Source: Styela clava
Taxonomy: Eukaryota
Direction: 5' to 3'
Assembly: GCF_964204865.1 (NCBI RefSeq)
Contig: NC_135255.1
Span: 15,190,001-15,254,000 of the forward strand
Length of the DNA: 64,000 nucleotides
Numbering within the stretch: the first letter of the stretch is position 1; every line of letters begins with the position of its first letter. The notes below the pieces were generated by a model that did no database searches, was not told the origin of the DNA, and saw only the letters and a program-made list of their open reading frames with translations. Shown here piece after piece: positions 53,667 to 64,000 of this stretch. A program made the position numbers and the translations under genes.

Positions 53667-55933
53667 TTGAAACAATGTAAATGAAATGTAATGACATTCT
53701 CATTTTTTTGAAGGGGGGAAAAAGTGTTGTATATTATATGATGTAATACCGCTAGGTGACGCTATTGACCCAGACTGAGGCTGTCATTCTTTTTCTATCT
53801 GTGCACGTGTTAAGTGATGACTTGCTGTTTAGTCTGTTACTGCTATGGTGTCTTAATGTTGAAGTGCTCGACTCTTATAATAAAGTAGTGTTGTAATGGA
53901 AACTTGGTGCTTGTTTATAAAGATCTAAAGGCAGAATACACTACACGCACCTTTCCGGCAAAACCCGGAATTGGGTGAGCATTGGCTTAAATCAGCTAGG
54001 GGAGATTGAAGTTTTCGTGTTATGTGATTGAAGTAGAGAGGACCCTTCCACGCGGGCCACGAGTATTTGGGTTCGACTTGGTTTCTAAAGATGCTGCAAT
54101 AGATGATGATCGACTTGAGAAAAATAAATTAGATGTTCGTTCGTACGTTCGTCAAACAGTAGGTCGCTAAATGCTGCTTCTTGGTGTAAAAAAATCGGCT
54201 TGCGTATAATATCAATTTTTTTTTTCTACGTAGCTTGCTTTGTCGATAAACACATTTGAAAATCCAGTAATAATACGAAGTTGTCCTGGTAACTTTTAAT
54301 TGTAATGAGGCGGATCGATCTGCTGAAGTCCATATCTCTTGATCCGGTTGACACACAAAACATATAGTTGTAATATATAGGTTGATAATGAGACACAAAT
54401 TCAAAGAATTTGGGCGTTGATGCTTGGAAAATAAAAATACACGAGCGTGAACTCGGGCGTTAAACTTGAAGAGTTGAAGTTGAGTTAGTGCTGTCTGATC
54501 GTAGGAGGTCCTGGTCCAGATTCCTCGTTTTGAGTCAAAAATCTACCTTGTTCTGGCCTTCTTGACTGCTTAATAAATTGACATACCGCCAAAGACTGCA
54601 GTTTGGTTGGTTGCTTGATTCCTGAAATGCTGACGTATTGTCCTTTGACTCGGTTAGTGATGAATTTCTTTTCCATTTTGATTGACGAAATTCCAGTTGC
54701 TGAATTGAAGTTGATTGCTTATTGATCACGAACGGCTATCACCAAAATATAGGGCAACAAAGATTCGACCCTATCTGCGTGTCCACACTCCCGTGTTATT
54801 GAACACACGTTAACAGAGTGTAACTCCGATCTTGACTCCTTCAGAGGTCAAAAAGCACACAATGTATTGAATGCCAATTGTTATATTGTAAAGTTGCACA
54901 ATCGAATTGATCCAAATAACGAATTACACTTGAAACCTTAAAGCAAGTATATGTGATGAAACCAAATTTCTAACTAACAAAGAACGGCAAAGACAAGCTA
55001 CACTGAGCGAGAAAAATATATCATAAAGGAAATGAATTGGGACAACGACCTTGTTTCAGGCAAATAACATGCACTACTAACAATAAGTGGTGAAAATATT
55101 AAAATACACAGTAACTATCCTTATGTACTTGCTACAATATCATTCGGGAAAAGAAGTTGTCGGTGGAGTGAAAATCAAATTATCAGAGGCAAATGAAAGA
55201 TACCGGTGATAATTATTTGTGGTTTTGATGCACCCAAAGTGCTGACGTGATAAACATGTTAACTACAGGAACTAACGATATCGCAAAGTTCGATAGTTGG
55301 TTACTGCATTCCTACATTTGCTGAATTGACAAAACTTGTTGTGTCACTAACTGACTTGTGTTTTTATATTCGGTGCATAAGGCGTGAGTAAGGGTCGTAT
55401 TACGTCATATAAAAAGTAACAGTAATTTTGCTGTAAATGCATTTGTATTGTTTGCAATGTATGACTCAGAATGGTGAACACCAAACTTAGTACTCACCCC
55501 GCCAAAAGAATCAGTTTTCACGAACTACTCATCAAATCATTTTCGTTGAAAATCACATTTGAATATTGTGAGTAATATTTAGCAATGCTTTGCAAGATAT
55601 GCAGAATTATTTTTGTCTCTGACAAAAGTATGTATCATATAATACCCAAATGAGTAGAAAAATATGCATACATTTCGATTAATATAAGGCAATGTTGAGT
55701 GTTGGGAATGGCACTCCCAAGATACAGTTTCTAGTGGAAATAACTATTAGAGTTAGTTTTCTCGAATTTATTGAAATCTCCATGTGGGCCTTTTGATGTT
55801 AGTGATATATATATATATGTATACGTATATATATATACATAGGTTAATATATATAGGTAGTGTAAGTAAGAAGAAATATTTCTTTTTATACAGTGTAAAC
55901 TTGTAGATAAAAAAGTTTTAACAGTCGTTCAAA

Positions 55934-57349
55934 ATGAATCTGGTTGCAATCGCATGTTTGGTTGTAATATTGGCCTCTTCAGGTGAGTAAATAAATCTTT
56001 TGTAATATTCAAATATTGATCCAAATTATAAAAAAAGAATTAAAATTTCAAAATATCTTCACAAATCTTCTTGCCTGTCAGAAAATTCTAAAATACAAAA
56101 ATTAAAGTATGTTTTTATATCCGATGTTTTTCTAATAGTATCAGCTAAATAAATACCTGAAATATTGTGCTTATTAGCACTGATCACCAAGTAGTTTTGC
56201 TCCCTCGTAAATTGCATTAGTTACAATTTCCGTAAACAGGTAAACTTTCTTATGTCAATTAGGCCATGGAATACGGTGTTACATGTGCATCAATTGCGAC
56301 GAAGCCAAACAGCTAAATGGTACTCAGCTTCAAAACTGCCCGGATGCCCTAACAGCTTGCTACAAAGTGTTTGCAAACGGTAAGTTACTCACGAATATTC
56401 CAAATAAAATGGAAATGGTCAGTACAGTTAACATTTATTTAAAATATATAATAGTACACAAAGCCATTTTAAATATTTAAACAAAGTTTCTTATATGATC
56501 CATGATGTGCTTTTGATTTGGGCAATGATAACTTCAATTGCCCTAAATACCGGAACAAATATTTTGACAGTTACAGCTGAAGTAGACGACCAGTTGGGTC
56601 AATAAACCAAAACCATCTGGCATTATCACTAATTTAAAAACATTTTAGGTCATGTAATCAGATCGTGTGGTATCGGCACTCTCGAGGTTGGCTGTAAAAC
56701 CGAATATCAGATTGAAGCATGTGTGTGCAAAAAAGGTAAAAATTGATTTTATGATATTTTAAGCAAATGAATGCAAACGATATACAGAAGGTGAGAAATA
56801 GTTCTTCTTCTTCATAAATTTATGATGAATTAAACACGTAGCTTCTCCGAGCACAAAAGTTTTCCGTTTTACGAACGATCGCAAGATATTTTTTAAAACA
56901 AGAGAATAATGCTCAAATAAATAGACACGAAGTTCTAATGTCCACGTCAAAGATCTTAATTTCGGCTGAACATACCCTATTTTTAATGAAACTAGTCATT
57001 GACCACGTGATGCCAAATTTACTCAGTGAAACATTTATTAGGTCATTAATGAAATAAAATAAATTTTTCGAGCGGTATCAGACCGCATGGTGCTCAGAGA
57101 AAAAATAAAAGTAATATTCTTCTGGCGACTACTTCCCTCTTTGCGTAATTAAAATTGAAAATTATTCCATAGCGATGGTGACGTTGCAAGGTGAAAGAAA
57201 CTTAGTTTAATTTAGAAATAGTGAAAAAAGCTAAAATAATATATTTATTCATTCTAGATGCATGCAACGGGGCTGGAACTGTCAAATCTACCGCCCTATT
57301 TGGATTCGTCATCAGTCTCTTCGTCGCAAAGTTTATTAACATTATATAG
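55934..57349 (+). CDS. Small GPI-anchored Ly6/uPAR (three-finger-like) protein, copy 2
   Basis: Exons ~55934-55982, 56263-56379, 56649-56735 and 57258-57349. All 10 Cys conserved (IRCYMC...CVCKKDACN). Confidence 0.88.
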
Positions 57350-59085
57350 GGTGGAAGAGTGCACGTATTTTTTTCTATTACACTAATCGCCATTTTTTTT
57401 TAATTTAATATTACTATTTACAATGGATAGGTGTAATAGAAAAATATCAAAAATTTGGCAAAACATGACTTCAAGATATTTCCCATCAACATCATGTTAA
57501 ATATTGATAATTCAATCAAACTTTTGGCAAGTTTTCAAAAATTCCGCAGATTGGCGATGCTGAAACCAAATTTTGTGAAACTTAAAATCTTGTCTAAATA
57601 TATCACATGATCGATCAAAAAATTCTGAAAAGGGCGATTTTTATTAATAAACTATAAATTTGAAATTGCTGATAGTATGTTATATATAATGCCCAAACCT
57701 GCTTTCTCGTATGTACTCATATAGTTCGACTCGAAAATGACCTTAAAACAAAACTGTTGGCATAATTCTTCATCATGCAATAATTATAATTGTTTAATTC
57801 CAGATATTGTCAGGTTTGTAATCAAAATGGCAGTTACAGCTTACAGATAAATCTCTTTCTTGTAATCGATGTATAACCAAATCAATGTTTTCGTAAATTT
57901 TAGTGTTTTAAATAAAACTATTATTGTTATTTTTACTTCGTGCTGGAGTTATGTTCCTAGGTGATAAACAACCTATGATGGAGCTTTGACGAAACCAAGG
58001 AAACGAAACCGGAAAAAATGCTGTTTTGTAATGATATATAGTATGAGAGTTGACAGTTTTCAGAATATTACTTTTTTTATTACTGTAGTTAATGTTAAAA
58101 TTTCATTTCAGTTGATGTGATTGACAAAGGGTACTATTGTCCTTAATTGCATTGTACTTATGACGTCATATTTTATGATTTGAAAAATAAACTGTTTCAA
58201 TGTCGATTTGTTTTATTAATTTGGTAACCGAAAATGAACAGGATGGGTGGTGCAAATGAAACTAACAGAAAAATCGAGAGGATTTTACAGTCAGTACAAC
58301 ATCAGGTTACCCAAAACATAAAACGGAAAATGACCCTAAAATAATAAATACCTCATCTTTATTTCGTACAATTACCCAAAGACGTTAAGCGGGTGTCTTC
58401 AAAATACAAATAGTAACACACAAGTAGTTTAAAGCTAAACTTAGTCTTTTTAATTTAACAAACCACATAAGGTGTGTCTGATGGTGATATATTCCTTAAC
58501 TATTCTTAAAGCAAGAATATACATAGATATGTTCAGCCGAGAAAAAAAACGCAGTGCACCCGGCACAACAAACAGATAACTAAAACATATATTTTATAAC
58601 AGACACAGGTAATAGTACAAGACAATACATAACTTCTGGCAGGACCATACCAAAAATAAACTAACTCCCTTACGCGCGGCACATCGTGGTTGTTGTGCAA
58701 AGCTAATTTGGAATACCTGGAGCATTGATCCCAGTTTTGCCTAAAGCGGTCCCGTCATTATTATACTACAGCCAGGTACAAAAGATTTCTGACTAACTAT
58801 ATGACTGGCTAACTAGTCCCATACCCGACCCACAAGATTCACGTTACCGCTGGTCGGTTACTGTTTCCTCCACCATCAATTCCATGCATCTGAATTTTTT
58901 TTAATAAATGGCAAACTAATCCCTTAACCGACATGTACCGAACGAAGGGTCGTGGTTTGCCATATGATTAAGCCATCTTATCGGCTGTTCTCCGGGATAA
59001 ATATGCAAATCCTATCCTATACATTGACGGGGCCATTGGCATTCGTCTTGGATTGCAGGAAGCAAATGTCAACAAAGGTCTATGC

Positions 59086-59577
59086 CAGGGGTTCTCAACC
59101 TGGGGTTCGCGAACCCCCAGGGGTTCACGAGAAGATTTCCATGGGTACTTGGAAGGCAGTCGAGTTTTTGTGTGTTGTTGTTTTTATTATCCTTTATTAC
59201 TACCAGAGGAAAAAGCATGTCAATTGAAACGTAGATTTTCACTGATCTTGCGTTATTGTGATTGTGACGCAACAATGTGGAATTCACGGCTTTGCAGAAA
59301 ACTGAAATCTCTAAGACAGCGTGCAACGAGCATTAGAGAAAGTGATCTCGCTTATTAAAACTTGGAACGATTTTGAGAATTCATTAGTTAGGCAGACGAC
59401 AAGGGCAATATTATTAACGCAGAGATTTAATTTAGTTACATATGGTTAATAAATTGTCGTTGCAACAAATTGTTATTCAATTTATCACAAATTTGTTCGA
59501 TGCCTGATTACGGGGGTTCGCGTTGCTCGCTTCGTGACTCGAGGGGTACTTGACAGAAAAAAGGTTGAGAACCCCTG
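59086..59577. mobile_element. hAT (Charlie-like) MITE
   Basis: TIRs CAGGGGTTCTCAACCT / AGGTTGAGAACCCCTG and perfect TSD GTCTATGC. Confidence 0.9.
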
Positions 59578-60299
59578 GTCTATGCAAACTTATCTGGTTC
59601 GCGATGTTTGCTCATGGTCTACAATGGAACGTACCATGGCCCGAAGGGGATCGGGGGGACAAGTTTATTTGAAAACCGCCGGGAGTTTATTGTATGGCCA
59701 TTGATAATAAATAAACGAACAGAAGGAAAAAAATGTTCAATAACAACATTAACAACAACATAATAACAATAGGATTCATCTGGATATTTTGTGTCCAATA
59801 ACCAAGTTTTGTATTCAATGTATAATCACCGTCACACACGTTGAATTTTGTTTAACTCAGGATGGATCGCCATTGGGATGGATATTCGTGAGGTGCATCT
59901 AACACTGACATGGGAACTACGGCCCGCGGGCCAAATCCGTTCCGTTGGGCAATTCAATCTGACCCGCATGATGATGTCATAATCATCATTACGTTTTGCA
60001 GAGTTTGACGTTTTGATAATGGCAGAATGGGGAAGTTAACCAAATTCAAAATCAACTTGATGATAAGGATATATATCATTCGCAAGAAGTTTTTGAGAAA
60101 AATATTAAGAACGGCTTTTGATAAAAAAATATTGATAGCACATATAGTAAGTATATTGAATGGAATAACGTTAAGTAGCTTAGTGTGCATCTTAAATAGT
60201 TAATTCATGAGAAAATTTTTTGTATTGCTGGCAATGTACACTGAGTGATTCATCGAAATGTATCGAGACAAGAATTTCCACGCAACAATTATTGTATTC

Positions 60300-60777
60300 G
60301 CGGTCGCGGGAGGACCCACAGCGCAACGGGGCCCAAGCGGTTAGAATTTAGAAATTTAAGCCGCAAAACCAAAAGTTGGATTGCAAAACCAGTAATACAC
60401 ATCGTATTAAAGTTGATGTTAGTTCTGCTCAAATCGTTTTGTTACGTAACAATGCCAGGGAGTCATCGATTTTCGGCGTCTTGTGGTTTGATCGCATCGG
60501 CAAAATTACGAAGGCTGTCAGAATGATGTCGAAAGCAAAACCTCTCAGTGGCGCACAGAAACGCAGAAAAATGGCAGAAGAGGAAGCACGTATGAAAAAA
60601 ATTAAAGTAACCAAGATAAACGGCAAATTTTAGGTTACCATTGCCTTTTAATAGCGACATGTTATGCTTTTTAACGAAATAAAAAAAGCGTTGTTTTAGC
60701 TTATGTCCGAGAGTTTTTAGGGTCATTTCAACGAAATATTTTTGCGGGGGGCCCACGAGAGTCTTGCCTCGCCACTG
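60300..60777 (+). mobile_element. hAT transposon remnant (Tip100/ZMYM-like N-terminus)
   Basis: MSKAKPLSGAQKRRK-type start, GGGCCC subterminal motifs, CCACTG end. Confidence 0.5.
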
Positions 60778-61439
60778 GAATAGATAGAATTTATCCGCTT
60801 CAAAAAAATGGTTTTGATACTTTGTTCTGATCCATCAGAATACACTGTTGCATCATCTACATGTAAGGCGATTTGAATTTCCATGTTTGCTAGACATATT
60901 CCTTTTATGTCATGGTTTTGTCGAATTCGCTTTTACCTTTTTTTTTTATCAAAATTTGCGTTCAGCTACACATTCCTACCACCAGACATGTTTTTCGGAT
61001 GATTATATAAGCTAGCTACGCTGGTAGAATACCGCCTTCTCCCATCCCAATGCTTTTTTAGCACGAATATTCAGGCTCGATAAGAAAAGGCAATATCAGG
61101 GACGTATGTGTCCCGACGGGATTGAAAGGGTTGGTTGTGCGAAGCTAATTCTGACGGTTTCATCTCATTTAACTCACGACAATTTCACCTGCATACTATT
61201 GCACCTTTGGAAAAAAAAATTGTTTTATGGATATTTGAACCCATACTAACCCTAACCCATGGGTTTCAGAACCCGCATGTAGATTGAACCCGCGGATATA
61301 CACATGGGTTCAAACGTACGGTCACCAATTCTGAACATCCGGAGCATTGATGTCAGCTTTGCCCAAAGCTGTTCCGTTTTGGTGGGTCATTATTATTATA
61401 CTACACTCAAGTACAAAAAAATTCATATGTATCACGTAT

Positions 61440-61607
61440 GGTTCACGTTACCGTTGGTCTGTTACCGCTTTCTCCATCAGCAAGTCCATGCATCTGAAAA
61501 AAAATGGATAACTATCCGGTTCGGACGAGAGGTCATGGTTCGCCATATGATTAAACCATCCTATCGACTTTTTCTTCCTGTGGGATAAATATGTAAGTTT
61601 CATCCTA
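61440..61607 (+). mobile_element. SINE 3' fragment (similar fragments at ~58800-59020)
   Basis: Matches SINE body and tail. Confidence 0.75.
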
Positions 61608-63408
61608 TATCGCATGATTGCCACCAGGTACAGTATATTCATGTCGAAGATAAATATTGTATACACCGGTTGTGCAATATCTATTTTCCGTCCTATACAT
61701 TGACGATGATTTTGCTTTTTGTCTAGGGTTGAAGAAAACGAATGTCAGTGGAGGTCTCTACAAAGGCACCTAGTGCGGGACGCTTGCTTGGGGTCCCCAA
61801 TGAAACGCGCAATGGTCCGAAAGCGAAGGATTGCGAAGTATCGTTTATTCAAAAAAAAAAAGAACTGGAGTTTATTGCATGGCCTATGGTAATAAAACGC
61901 GGGGTAACAAAGTTGGTTATCGAGCAGCGACACCCAAGGTCGCGATATTATTTTTTTAAGGTGCATCTAGCATCGCTGCAAGACATGTTAGTGTTTTCTG
62001 TTTAATACAAATATTCAATTATATAATAGGACTTGCTATACAGCCTATTATTATAGTATATTCTTTAGACTTATTTATTTGTGCTGTTATACCATCTGCC
62101 AGCAATTCAATGATTATAATACTCAATACTGTACTCGTAAATTTCCTGCCTTCATTTTGGTAATACAAGCACAAATGTTTTAAACAATATAAAAAAAAAT
62201 GCTGACACAGAAACATGTGGTTTATATGAAATACAAGTATTGCAAATTGTCTTACATTGTGTTTTTCCTGAAGTCAGATAGTGGGCCATTATTCATGTAA
62301 TGGCAGGCCATGTGTGCTATCAAACATTTGTCCATGAACTTACCCGGGCATCATCCCAACAACTGATATCGATTTGAAAACAATTATAAAGTATGTTTAA
62401 AGTGATTATCAATTATCATTGGTATGGACATTTCAAGCTTCGGAATAACGCATAACATGCATGAAATAAAAAATAAACATTTTGAGTAATAGATGTCCAA
62501 ATTTAGGTGTACAGTTTGCAAAGGTTACTGAACAATCGGCCAAAAAAAGTCGCGGTATTTATCAAATAACTATATTATATAGGATCTGAAATATGATTTC
62601 CTATTCCAGGCCTTCCAATGGATTTACCAACATTGATACTCACGTCAACTATGCACATACCGGTATGTCCAAATGCGGAAGTGTTCGCTTCTACCTTTTG
62701 ATAATCCCATAATACAGTATTATGGCAGAAGTTCACATGTTGCAGTTCAGATATTTTGACAACAAGATTTACAAAAGAGCATGGACTAATAGATCAAAGC
62801 GACTGATTTTAGTATAGACTGGGAGATCGTGATAAGATCGAAGTCGTCACCCACTATCAAAATAAACATACCGTAATTACTTAATTTTCAGGCGCATTAG
62901 GACCATTCAAATATAATTATCAGTGCGTAAAAAGTATATATGTATGCTCGAAGACACATTAATTTTCAATTTTTTATTGAAAGTTGCTAAGTACTAGACT
63001 GACAAACTGTCAGATGAACTCTCATGCACAAGTTTAAACTGTTCAATTTCCATAAAGTTTTGTTGTAATAGGGTATTTCAAATAGTCTTAACATCCCTAT
63101 TATAAATATTTTTTATTTGATTCAAACAAATCTCTAATGTAATGCCTGATGATATAATACGATATTGTTAAAAGGATTGAATCATAAAAATAAATTGTTG
63201 TAAAAACGGGCTATAATTTAATGTTTGCGAATTAAAAATGCTGGAAGCCCTTGACGGGTTAACGTATACCGGCAATAGACTCTACCATCATGCCATGCCA
63301 ATGTTGGTCAATATAAATACCATGAGGCTTAACAGAAATATGCAATGGCAAAAGATTCCACGTAATGAACAACTCACAATTTTTTGCTGTTTTATTTGCT
63401 CAAGATTT

Positions 63409-63758
63409 CGGCGGTGTGGCTCAACGGGCTAAGCGTTAGGAATACGCTCGCCACCGCACCTCTAATTACTCTGCGTGGGTTCGCAGGTTCGAATCCCATG
63501 CAGGGATGGTTATGTGCGAGAGGATTGCTGCTGGACTCCTCGGCGTCGTTTAGTGGTTCACGTAACCGCTGGTCAGTTACGGCTTCCTCCACCACCAAGT
63601 CCATGCTTCCGAAAACAAACAATACAGTATAACTAATCCCATACCCGACTTGGAATGGTAACCGGACAAGAGGCCGTGGTTCGTCATATGGATAAGCCGT
63701 CTTATCGGCTTTCTTCTCCCCCGGGATGAATATGTAAATCCTATCCTGTCCTATCCTA
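63409..63758 (+). mobile_element. tRNA-derived SINE, full-length reference copy
   Basis: Pol III A box TGGCTCAACGGG (63417-63428), B box GGTTCGAATCC (63486-63496), 3' (ATCCT)n tail. At least 9 copies or fragments in the window. Confidence 0.9.
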
Positions 63759-64000
63759 ATTTAGAACCCCAAAAATTTATTTATATACTCAGGCTATGCT
63801 AAATCGGTGCATAGAAGTTTTTTATTCATCTCCTCTCCAAGGTATTCAAATTTCAGAAGAATATGTTCCGCAATATCGTTATTCTTTCAATAAAATATGA
63901 TTTTAATATTGCCATAAATCATTAAAAAACCTCACAGAGAAATGACTTCATATTAGATTTCCTACAGGTTAGGAAGGTCACGTTTTAACCTTAAACTGCA

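Larger units (their letters stand above)
50931..53945 (+). mobile_element. Ty3/Gypsy (Mag-like) LTR retrotransposon, RT/RNaseH-deleted, nested in the outer element
   Basis: LTRs 50931-51169 and 53725-53945 (TG...CA), TSD CGCAC, PBS TGGCGATGAGGATGGGAT (tRNA-Ser type), PPT AAGGGGGGAAAAAG. Confidence 0.95.
50662..54404 (-). pseudogene. Candidate env-like glycoprotein remnant of the outer element (54404-53946 joined to 50925-50662)
   Basis: One frame of about 240 codons with 2 stops after excising the nested Gypsy. Hydrophobic N-terminus, then PKYSWP...LQSPLADLSQCSPNSGFCRKGAFTFVWNVYDTKVC and sequons NAT and NSS. It lies directly before the PPT/3' LTR. Confidence 0.55.
50016..55136 (-). mobile_element. 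Internally deleted LTR retroelement (outer) with candidate env remnant
   Basis: 389-bp LTRs at 50016-50404 and 54748-55136 (4 substitutions seen) and TSD ATAT. On the minus strand there is a TGG-starting PBS after the 5' LTR and a PPT GGGGGGAATTG before the 3' LTR. Confidence 0.92.
49962..55205 (+). pseudogene. Orphan alpha-arrestin exon 1 split by LTR insertion (49962-50015 plus 55141-55205)
   Basis: Removing the LTR element and one TSD gives MGKLTKFKIDLVDDKDIYHSGKEVVGGVKIKLSEA, colinear with exon 1 of both arrestins. It is followed by an apparent frameshift, and no downstream exons are seen. Confidence 0.72.

Noticed and set aside
62260-62930. Exon-like segments near the right end
   Set aside because: They contain stops and could not be assembled into a coherent gene.
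63409-63500. tRNA-like A/B boxes
   Set aside because: SINE head; no convincing cloverleaf, and followed by the repeat body.

Overview
AT-rich, intron-rich animal genomic DNA. Intron-containing USP genes point to a non-vertebrate, non-ecdysozoan host, possibly a tunicate (inference). Host genes were rebuilt by hand from splice sites: the 5' part of a divergent kinesin (minus strand, runs off the left edge), two tandem universal stress protein (USP) genes, two tandem alpha-arrestin (ARRDC-like) genes and two recently duplicated GPI-anchored Ly6/uPAR-type genes. Repeats are dense: a tRNA-derived SINE, about 12 Merlin-type MITEs with 8-bp TSDs, several hAT MITEs, a Tc1/mariner MITE, a Helentron-like repeat and a solo LTR. 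The highlight is a three-layer nest at about 49.96-55.21 kb. An orphan arrestin exon 1 is split by an LTR element (389-bp LTRs, ATAT TSD), which is itself split by an RT-deleted Mag-type Gypsy. Removing the inner element rejoins a hidden, nearly open reading frame of about 240 codons with a Cys/Trp pattern resembling class III viral fusion (env) glycoproteins. This makes the outer element a candidate envelope-bearing endogenous retroelement. All family assignments are by-eye motif recognition; no searches were run.
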